Source: an uncultured Chloroflexia bacterium
GTDB taxonomy: Bacteria; Chloroflexota; Anaerolineae; Anaerolineales; UBA4823
Direction: 5' to 3'
Length of the DNA: 64,000 nucleotides
Assembly (NCBI GenBank): GCA_963788305.1
Contig: CAWBGK010000003.1
Coordinates: 64,510 to 128,509 of the forward strand
Shown: positions 1-9,898 of the stretch, one piece after another
How positions within the stretch are numbered: the first letter of the stretch is position 1
Layout of the letters: each line of letters begins with the position of its first letter
Notes under the pieces: generated by a model
Seen by the model: only the letters and a program-made list of their open reading frames with translations
Databases searched by the model: none
Told to the model about the DNA's origin: nothing
Program-made: the position numbers and the translations under genes

Positions 1-1506
1 CTCTCCCCCGCCTTGATATCCTCGATCTTTGGGCCGACCTGAACCAGGTCCCCCTCTCGCCGACTCTTGAACATCCTCCCCAGGAAGTCGGCGGTACGGG
101 TATTGTCCTGGATCAACTCGGATAACAATGCGCTCATTTTATCCCAGGTCTCGTGCGTCTTCTGCGCAGTGTATACCTCTCCTTCACCCTGTACCAAAGC
201 ATCCACCAGCTCATCCAGGCTCACACCAAATTTATTCTTTATGGTATAGCCCAGCGTCTGGCCGTGGTCCGACAGCACGATGAGATGATAGGGTCGCGGG
301 GCTGTCTCCAGTGTCTTTTCGATCCGCGCAAAACAGCGGTCTGTCTCATGTAGAGCCTTGAACAATTCGTGGGACTCCATCCCCGCAAAGTGGCTCAAAT
401 CGTCATAGGCTGCATATAAGGCGTATACCGCCGGTATCCCGCGCAGCATGTCGCTGATCACCATATACGTCGCCAGGTCCTGCATCAAAGGACCCATAAA
501 TCCACGCAAGAATGCATACTTCGGGCTTCGGGCGGTCACCCGGAATGGGTCATTTCGCCTTTTCTGCTGCCAGGCTTCGATCCATTCGGTGAATATCTCA
601 ATGACAAATCGGGTGATCACTCGAGCCATGACATAAGGGCTGAATAAGTAAAAATAAAAACCTGGCCCGCGACCGCGGTTTTTGTTCATCATCGTGCTCA
701 TCGTCAGCGTGCTTTCCGACGCATCTCCTGAGAACATGTTCCCGCGCGATGAACCGCCATCCGAGAGCAAACCTCTGCCGGTGGAGAGCTTCGCTTCCAG
801 CGCGGCTGCATCTTTCGGATTACCCGAAGCGACCACTCGCTTCGCATCGCGATCCCACCAGCGATAGGCAGGAAAGTTGTCGTTATTCCCCATCAGGATG
901 CCTGTCTGCATCGCGCCTGTCTGGGAGGTGTAATCGAGTCTCCCATCCTGTGATGCGGTGTGTGCCTTTTTCCAACCAGCGCTGCAGGGTAGGCATATGG
1001 CCTTCCTGGATCGCCCTTTTCAATAATTCTTCTCCCAGCCCGTCGATCTCCAAAAAAATAAACCCGGGAACCTCCGTATGATGGATTTCTCCCGTTTTTT
1101 TAACCATGCGACCCGTGATCGCGCGATCAAAAATAGAATCTTCGTCCACAGACAGAAATCCACCTACAATCGCATTGACGACCGTCATCCAGATCGAGAT
1201 CCATAAACCCGTGACCCAGCTGTCGACGGTGATGCCAGGGATCCGATTAATCACTGTAAATATCACGAATCCACTCATGACAAAAGTCAGAATGGGATAA
1301 ATGTACACCGGCATCCAGGAAAGGAACTCAATGAAGATGTACCAGAAAGCTGCCTGGGCGACCGTATAAGCGATCGCTGCGGCGATAGCAGCCCTGAACG
1401 AAGGTATCGCCAGTCCTTCCATAAACCACGCTAAAACAATAAGGGTGATGGCATGGATTACCAGGATGGCAATGATTTGATATGCTCGCAAGCGATTAGT
1501 TTTCAT
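1..1506 (-). CDS. membrane-anchored type I phosphodiesterase/nucleotide pyrophosphatase (alkaline phosphatase superfamily) with N-terminal 4-TM DUF360/holin-IV-like domain; 3' end lies beyond window start; frame change near 940
   Basis: ORF 883..1506 gives four TM helices, then GFIFLEIDGLGEELLKRAIQEGHMPTLQRWL..ITGWET. Another minus frame continues from ~940 to base 1 without a stop (LDYTSQTGAMQTGILMGNNDNFPAYRWWDRD...YHLIVLSDHGQTLGY). Confidence 0.6.
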
Positions 1507-1586
1507 CTCGATCTCCGTAGGGTTGCATGGATTTGAGTTGCGTTTCTACCTTCTCACAACGCTGGTGGATGCGCTGTTTGTCCGGC

Positions 1587-2868
1587 TCAACCAACGCGCT
1601 GGTTTCGACTCTCCTCATGGATTAAAGTCACATGGCGGAGAAGCTCCTGGCACGCCTCAGGTGATTTCGCCTCCTGACCAATCTTTTCGATTGTTTCGAC
1701 GATGTGAAGTAAAACACTGGCGTTATCACAGCTGGAATGTCGCAGCATGTCAAATGCGGCACACAAGAGCTCTTTCAGCGTCGCCGGCTCAAAAATCAGG
1801 CGCAGCTTGCCATCCTTATCATAAAAGTTGGCGTTGCTCTCTCCGAACTGGACGTATTCCGCCAGGCTTTCACCTATGTAATCCAGGCAGGTCATGGCCG
1901 TGAAAGGATCATTGATTGCCGGAGACATCGCTCGCACAGCGATTTCCAAAATCTGGTTGACTGCATACTCGATATCCTGGGTAGGCGTGCGCTGGTTGCC
2001 GACCTGAACAGAACGGCGCAGGTGTTTTTCCAGGCGTGCATCAATTTTATCGGCAGGCCAGACCAAAGCCACGGTTTCACCCGCTACGATAAAATGGCCG
2101 GGCTTCCTGAGCATTTGCATGATCAAATTTCGCTCCACAGCCAGATTCATGATGATATCTGGATCAATGAACTGGATGTAACCGGTCTCACGCACCCGAA
2201 GTGGTAATGCTTCGTTTTCAGCTAACAGCTCATTTTTTCCCCCACTGGAGATCTTGATGTTTTTCCTGTCTTCGGCCTCGTTTAAGTTACCGCACACTTA
2301 CAACATCCCGCAGATCTGACCCGGCAGCTGCTACAATATTTGGCGCCTGGAGCATGATGCTGATATGCTGGATAAGGACGATCAACGATGCAAAGGTTAA
2401 AAGCATCAAAAACAGTCCGATTGTGACCGTGATCTGGGGAGCAGCCGCCTGTACCTGTAAATTTGTGATTGACAATGCTGTGGCCAGGCAATAGGTAAAC
2501 GTTGCGACAAACATACCCAGCACATACTGGGTGGTGCGGTCTCGCAGGAAGACCCGCAGCAAACGCGAGCCAAACTGGGCAGCCACGGTACTGAGTGGTA
2601 GGGTTAACAGCGAGAACACGACGCCTGCCGTCGCCAGGATTGTCCCTGCGATTGCAAGCATGCTGGATCGCATTTCAGCAGGGGTTCCAGCGATGATGAA
2701 CTTGGAGCGGTTGAGCAGGAAATTGGGGACGTTATCATCCACCAGGCCAAGCAGCCAGGACAGGAAAACTGCTGCCACAGCCATGATCGACGGCACGAAC
2801 CACAGGCTTACCTTCACGCGATCCCAAAGGTAGCGCCTGGTGGCTTTTCTCATCGCTCGTGATCTCAA
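1587..2868 (-). CDS. DUF2254-like membrane protein, split by a frame change at ~2290
   Basis: ORF 2287..2868 is the TM-rich N-terminal half. ORF 1587..2297 is the soluble half (..AVRAMSPAINDPFTAMTCLDYIG..). They overlap by 11 nt in different frames. Family name is recalled, not searched. Confidence 0.5.
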
Positions 2869-2946
2869 AATTCTCCTCCTAAAAAATTGGTTGGTATGCT
2901 GATTATATCCCTGGAGGCTCGATAATGATTATTTCCTGCATGGAGG

Positions 2947-3795
2947 CTATTCCAATGCAGAGCGTCTCGAGCCGTACATCCTTGCGTAAACACGACAGCA
3001 GACGGCGCCGAGCAGAAAAATTTGGGCAAAATAATTGAAACCAACCAGGAGCATTGTAAAAGCTCCAGTCGCTTGAAGCGCCGAGTTCATCGAGCTGAGT
3101 TGAAAGAAAATCCCAACCAGAAACATCGCCGCCAACATGAGCACCGTCGTTAAAACGGCGCCCAGCCAGACGTCTCTCCAGGCGATCTTTGTCTCGGGCA
3201 GAATCTTGTAAAACAGTGCAACGATGACCAGCAGGAGGATGGGTGCAGCCAACCTGGCTGCCAGCACCTGATTTCCTCCTAAACCCAGCAGCCGTTCCAT
3301 GAGGGTTCCAAAATAGCCCAATAAAAGGTTCGCAAACGTTGCTAATACACCAAACAATCCAAGCCCAATCACAATGAGGAACGAAAAAAGTCTCTTGCGG
3401 AGAAAGCCCAGGGTGTGACCTTTTTCGGGCAGCGGAACACGCCAGATGGAATTAAGCGAATACTGGAGCTGAAAAAACAATCCCGAGGCGGCAAAAAGCA
3501 GCGCGACGAAGCTGATCACTGAAATGAGCCAGGAACTGCTCGAAGGGGTATTCGAAAGCGCCAGTACCGCTTCTTGCACCAGGGAGCTGATTTCTGCCCC
3601 AAAGATTTCCTCCAGACGTGAAAAAATTTGATCCGCAGTGTCAATTTCCTTTAGAAACAACTCAGCAATGCTGACTACAACAAAAATGATGGGTGCGAAG
3701 GAGAACATGCTGTAATAAGCCAGCGCTGCAGCCAGCTGATTCGGCCGTTCCGAGATCCAGATTTTATATACCTCGATTAAATATTGTTTCTTCAT
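2947..3795 (-). CDS. YihY/BrkB family membrane protein
   Basis: 282-aa intact ORF. N-terminus ..NQLAAALAYYSMFSFAPIIFVVV.. and six predicted TM helices are typical of the family. GGAGA lies upstream of the ATG. Confidence 0.7.
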   Translation of the reverse strand: MKKQYLIEVYKIWISERPNQLAAALAYYSMFSFAPIIFVVVSIAELFLKEIDTADQIFSRLEEIFGAEISSLVQEAVLALSNTPSSSSWLISVISFVALLFAASGLFFQLQYSLNSIWRVPLPEKGHTLGFLRKRLFSFLIVIGLGLFGVLATFANLLLGYFGTLMERLLGLGGNQVLAARLAAPILLLVIVALFYKILPETKIAWRDVWLGAVLTTVLMLAAMFLVGIFFQLSSMNSALQATGAFTMLLVGFNYFAQIFLLGAVCCRVYARMYGSRRSALE

Positions 3796-4010
3796 GGCAG
3801 GTTTGTTCTCCGTTAATAAGAGATTTCTTTGTCGAAATCCTTCTCGTTGACATTACGACAATTTTCGGCACCAAAAAGGGCAAACTTGCCTTCTTGACCG
3901 ATCATATCAACGGTGAGAAATGAATTAATTATATATTCAAACATGTTCCATCCGCACGATATTCACCCGTTGAGTTCGTCAGCTTCCGATAAAAATAAAT
4001 CCGGCATCTC

Positions 4011-5114
4011 CTATTCTTTCCCGCGGTTGGAATTAAAGGTGTCTTTTGCTTTTCCCCACAAGCCTCTTACATGTTTTGCCGCCTCTTTTCTTTCTTCTTC
4101 TTTCTCTTCACCTGTGTAGCGCATCAAGACCGCGAGTGGGCGTGTACCCTCAAAATTCTCCATGATGATCAGCACCAGCAGGGTCATCGGCACCGCCAGG
4201 ATTGCCCCAATCCCTCCAAGCAGGTAGCCCCAGATGAACAATCCGACGAATACAACCACCGGGGAAATCTTCAACCGCTGCCCCATAACTTTAGGCTGAT
4301 AAAAGTTCTGCACGCCTCCGTTGATCACAACATAGCCGACCAGGACAACCAGCGCTGTATTTAAGCCATACTGAGCGTAAGCCATGAGCACAGGCGGGAT
4401 CAGGGCGATCATGAAGCCGATCGAGGGGATATACCCCATGAACCAGGCCAGCAGCCCCCACAGCAAGGCGTAATCCACCCCCAGGAACCAGAGAAAAAAG
4501 GCATCGCCCAAGCCAACCAGGAAGTTGACCCCTGTCAGCACGGTCATATACTTGCGCACATCTTCGGTGAGCATCGTGACTCGCCCGATGCTCAAATTAT
4601 TCGGATCGAGTCCAAGGCGCGAGGGAGCCGGCATAGCCATTGCGGCGCTGATCATAAAAAAGAAGATTGCCAGCGCCAATCCGAATTGAACCAGCATATC
4701 CATGACATTCGAAAGCAAGCTTTGGGCAATTTCACCCGTGGAAATGGTGATCTGCTCAATTTCTGAGCTTGTCTCGGAATCCGTAGTTGCGGACAGGTCT
4801 TCGCTGGCTTGCTGCGATGCGCTTGACATGTAAGCCGGAATCTCAGTGGTCAGCTTGGTGATCGAGAAGAAAACCGTTCCGATGACCAGCCCCAGGAGCA
4901 GGACGACCATCAAGATGCTCAGCACCAGCGCCAACCAGCCGGGCATGCCGCGCTTCGTCAGGCGGCTGGGGATCGGCAGGACCGTGATCGTGATCACGGC
5001 TGCCAGCAGGATCGGATTGATGATCGAGGCAGAGCCGCGGATCCCAAATAAAATCACGAATATCGCAGCTCCCCCAACCAGGTAGATAACCAGACGACCG
5101 GATAGATTATTCAT
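4011..5114 (-). CDS. AI-2E family transporter (UPF0118/PerM-like)
   Basis: 367-aa intact ORF, multi-TM, with C-terminal ..GLFIWGYLLGGIGAILAVPMT.. signature. GGAGGA RBS upstream. Confidence 0.75.
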   Translation of the reverse strand: MNNLSGRLVIYLVGGAAIFVILFGIRGSASIINPILLAAVITITVLPIPSRLTKRGMPGWLALVLSILMVVLLLGLVIGTVFFSITKLTTEIPAYMSSASQQASEDLSATTDSETSSEIEQITISTGEIAQSLLSNVMDMLVQFGLALAIFFFMISAAMAMPAPSRLGLDPNNLSIGRVTMLTEDVRKYMTVLTGVNFLVGLGDAFFLWFLGVDYALLWGLLAWFMGYIPSIGFMIALIPPVLMAYAQYGLNTALVVLVGYVVINGGVQNFYQPKVMGQRLKISPVVVFVGLFIWGYLLGGIGAILAVPMTLLVLIIMENFEGTRPLAVLMRYTGEEKEEERKEAAKHVRGLWGKAKDTFNSNRGKE

Positions 5115-5153
5115 GTAGTTTCCTCCATAAAGCCGAATCTCACCAGATAGTTA

Positions 5154-6902
5154 TCACACATCTTGAATTACTTTCTCAGAATGAGCAGATTGCTCGATAA
5201 AGCTTACGGCAGCGTCAACGGTCGGGAAGACATGATCTTCGCCGATCATCTCGAAAAGCCCAGTCCGCTGGCCAAATTCCCGCACCGGCCCGTGCAGCTC
5301 GGCCACAAAGATCTCAATCCCTTTGCCCTTCAGCTCAACCAGAAGCCCTTTCAGCACTTCTGCACTGGTGATATCCAGAGAATCCTGCCCGGCAGAATCC
5401 AGGACGACGGCACGCGGCGGCGGCTGAGTTTCAGCAACCAGGGCTTTCATCCGATCTCGAATCGTGAGGGCATTGGCGTAATACATTGGCGCATCCAGGC
5501 GCACGATTAAGACTCCAGGAACCGCTGTGTTTTCTGGGTGCCGCTTCAGGTCGGAGTAGGCTCCCGGGCTTCCCGGGATGCGTCCAAGGTTAGCCAGATG
5601 CGGCCGGCTGGAATGGTAAAGCACCAGGAGCACAGAAGCAACCAGCCCAATGATCATGCCCTCTAAGACATCGATGAATAGCACCCCCAGGAGGGTGATC
5701 ACCCCCAGCGCAAACTCCGTCCTTGAAACCATCCGGATCTTTTCGAGTTTCCGGGCGGTGAGGATATGCCAGACAGCGTGGATGATCAGGGCAGCCAGCA
5801 CTGCCTCTGGCAGGCTGGTGAACAAAGGTGTCAGGAACAGCAGGGTCACCAGGGTGACCCCCCAGGCGACAAGGTTTGCAATTTGCGTCCGCGCTCCCGC
5901 CCCCTCCTTGACCGCAGATGCAGACATGCCGCCGGCGGCGATCATCCCGCCGAATAGGCCGCTGGCAAGGTTGGAAAATGCGTGGGCGTTCAGCTCCTGG
6001 TTGGGATCGACTTCGTAGCCGTGCTTTTCGGCGAACTCGCGTGCCACGCCCAACGCCTCGCTATAAGCCAGCAGAAATATCCCGATGGCTGGCAGAATCA
6101 TCCTGAGGACGGTATCCAGGGACACCTGAGGAAGCGCCAAAGAAGGTAGCCCTTGCGGCAGCACACCTGCTACTTCTACTCCATAATTGGCATTCAGGCT
6201 GAGGGCAAGGCTTAAAGCGATCGAGCCGAACAACACCACCAGGCCCGCCGGGATCTTCTTGTTCCAGCGCGGTAGTAGAAACAGCAGCGCCAGCGCCGAA
6301 GCGCCCACTGCGAACGTCACCCAGTTGGCTTCCGGAAGCTGCTTGATTACGGCAAAGAATTTGTCAATAACATTCCCATCACCTTTTTCCACTCCAAACA
6401 GCTTGTTGAGCTGCCCCACGGCGACAAAGATCGCCAGTCCTAACACAAAACCGTCCATGACCGGCTTGGAAAGAAACTGGGTAACCCAGCCCAGGCGCGC
6501 CAATCCTGCCACCAGAAAGACGACCCCGATGACCAGGACCAGGGTGGCGGCATAAGCCTGGTAGGTTGCCATATCCGATAATGTTGCACCCATGGCAACC
6601 ACCGTGGAAGCGATCAACGCGGCCGTGGCAGAGGTCGCCCCGACAGACAGGTGGCGAGAGGAACCGAACAAAGCATAGACCAGCAGCGATGCGACCAGTG
6701 TGTACAGGCCAGCCTGCGGAGGCAAGCCGGCGATCCCGGCATACGCCATTCCTTCAGGTACAACCAGACCCCATAACGTCAGGCCTGCCAGGATGTCGGC
6801 AGCCAGCCAGAGGCGATTGTAGCGTGGGAGCCAGGACAGGATCGGGATAAAACCTGCTAAGCCGCGTGAGTTTTTTGAACGCTCCAGGGATTCTGACGCC
6901 AT
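5154..6902 (-). CDS. SulP family anion transporter with C-terminal STAS domain
   Basis: Intact ORF 5154..6920 with a TM-rich core and a STAS-like tail (..VVLDSAGQDSLDITSAEVLKGLLVELKGKGIEIFVAELHGPV..). I prefer the ATG at 6902 (MASESLE..), preceded by AGGAGA. The ATG at 6920 overlaps the ClC stop by 1 nt. Confidence 0.85.
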   Translation of the reverse strand: MASESLERSKNSRGLAGFIPILSWLPRYNRLWLAADILAGLTLWGLVVPEGMAYAGIAGLPPQAGLYTLVASLLVYALFGSSRHLSVGATSATAALIASTVVAMGATLSDMATYQAYAATLVLVIGVVFLVAGLARLGWVTQFLSKPVMDGFVLGLAIFVAVGQLNKLFGVEKGDGNVIDKFFAVIKQLPEANWVTFAVGASALALLFLLPRWNKKIPAGLVVLFGSIALSLALSLNANYGVEVAGVLPQGLPSLALPQVSLDTVLRMILPAIGIFLLAYSEALGVAREFAEKHGYEVDPNQELNAHAFSNLASGLFGGMIAAGGMSASAVKEGAGARTQIANLVAWGVTLVTLLFLTPLFTSLPEAVLAALIIHAVWHILTARKLEKIRMVSRTEFALGVITLLGVLFIDVLEGMIIGLVASVLLVLYHSSRPHLANLGRIPGSPGAYSDLKRHPENTAVPGVLIVRLDAPMYYANALTIRDRMKALVAETQPPPRAVVLDSAGQDSLDITSAEVLKGLLVELKGKGIEIFVAELHGPVREFGQRTGLFEMIGEDHVFPTVDAAVSFIEQSAHSEKVIQDV

Positions 6903-6919
6903 TCGGTTTCTCCTAAACA

Positions 6920-8203
6920 TTATTCAGGGTTGTTCGGTTTAGCTTGCGCCTGAGCGCTCGCACGCCGGGCTTGAAACATCAAAAGCAATGCTGTCAGCAA
7001 TGCGCTGGAAACCACTGCGATGGCAACCACCGCCGCAGTTTCTTTCTGCACGAGAACCAATGAAAAGAGACCAGCAAAGAGCGGCGCCTTCAGAGCAGCG
7101 ACAAGAGCCCCTGCCATCGTCGCCGCAACGCAGACCGCTACTGGGATACCCGGGAACAGAAGATCCAATGCGAGACCCAGGGCGATGCCAGCGAACATGA
7201 TCGGGAAGATATAGCCGCCTTTCCAACCGGTGGCGAGCAGTAATGACGTGGCGAACAGCTTGACTACTGCCAGAACGATCAACAAAACCACGCCAATTTC
7301 CGCTGCATTTGCGATCAGCTCAATCGTTTCTAACTCACCCGAGAACAGGGTCAGCGGCCAGAGCGCGCCTATGATCCCCATACCCAGACCCCCAATCAAC
7401 CCGCGCAGCACCAAGCGCCCCTTCATCACTTCAAAGAACTTTTGCAGGCGTTGGAGCGAGATCATGAACAGCAAGCCAACCACCCCACCGATCAATCCAA
7501 AGGGTACTGCGTAAAACATGTGTGCCAGCTTGGGAGTATAGGACGGGAACTTGTATAATGTCTCGAAGAAAGACCCGCTCAACAAGACAAAGACCACCGT
7601 AGCCGTTGCGGAAGACAGCAGGCTTGGGAAAAGCACCCAGAAATAAGCCTGCTTGCCACCGGTTCCGCCCTGTGCAAACTCCAATCCCAGCAGCGCCCCA
7701 CCGAAAGGATTGGTGATAAAAGCGGCTAGCATCCCGCTGACTCCAGAAAATCCCATCGCTCGCGTTTCCTTCTCATCGAGATTGAGCCGGTCGGAGACTA
7801 ATGTCCCGAGCCCGCCGCAGGCATCTGCCAGCGGCGCCTCAGGTCCCAGGCTGGCACCGGAGATGAGAGAAAATGACGCGGTAATCACGATCCCCGGGGC
7901 GTTGCGGTAGTCGAACCGACCGGTCTTGCCAAATTCAAGCATCACTTCCGCGAAGATGCCGTTGTGGTCGCCAAACAGCTTCACCAGCAGCCCGACCAGC
8001 AAACCGCCCAGGGTGCAAACCAGCAGCGTAAACAGGCGGGCATCCAATCCACTGGCTAGCTGGGCTTGTTCCCAAATCAGGCGCGTGCCTTGATGAACGA
8101 GAGCGATAAAACCAAAGGTAATTCCTGCACTGACTACCCCTAATAGGGCGACCAGGAGCATCAAGCGAAAATAGGATCTGGGTTTTGCCTGTGGATCTAT
8201 CAT
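6920..8203 (-). CDS. ClC family voltage-gated chloride channel/antiporter
   Basis: 427-aa intact ORF with ..GASLGPEAPLADACGG.. (GxEGP-type selectivity motif) and about 10 TM segments. GAGGAG RBS. The start overlaps the upstream K+ channel stop (ATGA at 8200-8203). Confidence 0.8.
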   Translation of the reverse strand: MIDPQAKPRSYFRLMLLVALLGVVSAGITFGFIALVHQGTRLIWEQAQLASGLDARLFTLLVCTLGGLLVGLLVKLFGDHNGIFAEVMLEFGKTGRFDYRNAPGIVITASFSLISGASLGPEAPLADACGGLGTLVSDRLNLDEKETRAMGFSGVSGMLAAFITNPFGGALLGLEFAQGGTGGKQAYFWVLFPSLLSSATATVVFVLLSGSFFETLYKFPSYTPKLAHMFYAVPFGLIGGVVGLLFMISLQRLQKFFEVMKGRLVLRGLIGGLGMGIIGALWPLTLFSGELETIELIANAAEIGVVLLIVLAVVKLFATSLLLATGWKGGYIFPIMFAGIALGLALDLLFPGIPVAVCVAATMAGALVAALKAPLFAGLFSLVLVQKETAAVVAIAVVSSALLTALLLMFQARRASAQAQAKPNNPE

Positions 8204-9012
8204 AGCTTACTCCTCTGATTCTCTGCAGCCATTTTTTCTATCATCTGGCGAACTGAAACCAGCTCATTTTTCACGAGTTCAAGTTCTTGTTCGACTGTTA
8301 GCGATGTTTCTGTACCGGGTTCTTCCTCCTCAGTGGGGGCAGAGGAACCTACCAGCAGGCTCGCAAGGATGCTGGCCAGGGCGCCGATGATCCCGACGCC
8401 CATAAACATGATGAACATCGCGGTAATCCGTCCCGCGGTAGTGACCGGGTAGTAATCGCCGTAACCCACCGTGGTGATGGTCACAATCGAATACCATAAC
8501 GCATCGCTTCCGGTAGTAATCTTTGCATCCGGCGATTGGCTCTCGAACTGGAGCACGAGCACGCTGGCGACGGTCAGAACCAGGATCGTCAACAGGATCG
8601 TGATGAAACCTGCGTACTGGCTGCGGTGTTCGAGCACATCCTTTACCAGCGCTTTTTTGTTTTCGCCGCGCAGCAGGCGAGTGATGCGCGCAAATCGGCT
8701 CAGGCGGGCCAGGCGTAAGAGGCCGCCGTATTTCGTGATCCCAAACGAAGGGATCGAGCCGAGCAGGTCGAGCCAGCCCCGCTGGCGGATAAAGTAATCC
8801 CGTTTGCTTGGGGCCGATTTATAGTTGAGATAGAAATCGATCAGGAAAATGAGGCATATCAGGTTGTCATAAACTGAAAGCAGCTGGCGGGTAGCGTCCG
8901 AAATCGGCATCAGCATCACCACCATCACTGCCAGCGAAAGGACAGTCAGGACGAGGATAAAGATGTTATACGCATTGCTGTGCCGGCGAGGGGAAGCAGT
9001 CTCCTGTGTCAT
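8200..9012 (-). CDS. voltage-gated-type K+ channel (ion transport protein, 6-TM architecture)
   Basis: Selectivity filter TTVGYGD. S4-like Arg-every-third segment LLRLARLSRFARITRLLR. Acidic coiled C-terminal tail. Confidence 0.85.
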   Translation of the reverse strand: MTQETASPRRHSNAYNIFILVLTVLSLAVMVVMLMPISDATRQLLSVYDNLICLIFLIDFYLNYKSAPSKRDYFIRQRGWLDLLGSIPSFGITKYGGLLRLARLSRFARITRLLRGENKKALVKDVLEHRSQYAGFITILLTILVLTVASVLVLQFESQSPDAKITTGSDALWYSIVTITTVGYGDYYPVTTAGRITAMFIMFMGVGIIGALASILASLLVGSSAPTEEEEPGTETSLTVEQELELVKNELVSVRQMIEKMAAENQRSKL

Positions 9013-9099
9013 AGGATAAATCCGCCTTTGACTATATTAAAGGAACCAAGGCTCAGCAGCAAGAACAACACCAATTCCCGGCAACCGCCGCAATGCCTG

Positions 9100-9336
9100 C
9101 TAGCGCAGCAGCCCGACGCCGTTGCGGCGTCTGCCAACACCACCGACAGGGCCTGGGGGATTTGGTCCACGGCCAACTCCGCCGACAGGTCCCGGGGGAT
9201 TTCCACGGCCAACCCCGCCGACAGGGCCAGGCGGATTCGGTCCACGACCAACCCCGCCGACGGGTCCGGGGGGATTTCCAGCGCCAACCCCGCCAACGGG
9301 ACCAGGGGGATTCGGCCCTCTTCTACGTGGTGACAT
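9100..9336 (-). CDS. 78-aa Gly/Pro/Val tandem-repeat protein (five GPNPPGPVGGVGR-type units, Arg-rich termini)
   Basis: The ATG at 9336 is preceded by AAGAGGAGG with a 7-nt spacer. Same strand as all neighbours. Inter-repeat substitutions fall almost only on wobble positions (see findings). No homolog recognised. Confidence 0.5.
   Translation of the reverse strand: MSPRRRGPNPPGPVGGVGAGNPPGPVGGVGRGPNPPGPVGGVGRGNPPGPVGGVGRGPNPPGPVGGVGRRRNGVGLLR
9134..9318. repeat. tandem repeat of alternating 39-nt and 36-nt units, about 5 copies (75-nt higher-order period)
   Basis: Units start with CCAAC at 9134, 9173, 9209, 9248 and 9284. Read directly from the sequence. Confidence 0.9.
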
Positions 9337-9394
9337 AATGTTACCTCCTCTTGAAAAGAGATGATTGACGAGTATTGATCTTCAGAGTCCTGCG

Positions 9395-9820
9395 CTATTC
9401 CGCAGCAAGTCCCTGTTCGTACTGCTCGACCACTTCAGGAGCAATCTGTACGCGCTCCACCAGCTGGCCGCCAGCATCAAGGACAGCTTTGCGGAGACCT
9501 GCAACCCATAGATTTTCCCACAAGATGAGCATCGCCGCTGAACCCTCGGGGAGTTTGCTTGCCGCGATCTGCAGGTCGTCATTCGTAAAAAGGCTGGAAA
9601 CATGCTCGCCTATGGGGACGAACATCGCGTACGACTCGGGATCGAGATCGTTGAGCTCGACGGTGCGTAAGTTGCCGTCTTCCTCTTTTTGGATGAAGAC
9701 GATGTCAATAAAGCGCACGATGCCGCGAGCGGCCAGATCCAGTAGCTCGGGGACGATCTTGCCTGTGGGCTTGGCGTCCTCGAATTTTATCAAGGCATAT
9801 TCCAGTGGAAGGTCGAACAT
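9395..9820 (-). CDS. DUF6325-like small soluble protein
   Basis: 141-aa intact ORF MFDLPLEYALIKFEDAKPTGKIVPELLDLAARGIVRFIDIVFIQKEEDG.. with AAGGAG RBS. A paralog lies at 18498..18930. Family name is recalled from memory. Confidence 0.5.
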   Translation of the reverse strand: MFDLPLEYALIKFEDAKPTGKIVPELLDLAARGIVRFIDIVFIQKEEDGNLRTVELNDLDPESYAMFVPIGEHVSSLFTNDDLQIAASKLPEGSAAMLILWENLWVAGLRKAVLDAGGQLVERVQIAPEVVEQYEQGLAAE

Positions 9821-9837
9821 TGTCTGACTCCTTTTGT

Positions 9838-9876
9838 GATTACCCGAAGGGTTCTTTAGAAGCCCTTCGGGTAATC
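9838..9876 (-). terminator. 14-bp perfect stem-loop between arylsulfatase stop and next gene
   Basis: GATTACCCGAAGGG (9838-9851) pairs with CCCTTCGGGTAATC (9863-9876) around an 11-nt loop. No clear U-tract, so it may be a processing or attenuation hairpin rather than a strong terminator. Confidence 0.45.
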
Positions 9877-9898
9877 ATGGTTACTGTCGCATCTGTTA

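Noticed and set aside
9134-9318. Tandem repeat considered as a CRISPR array or non-coding satellite
   Set aside because: The units are directly adjacent with no spacers, their lengths are multiples of 3, and the differences are synonymous. This behaves as a coding repeat.
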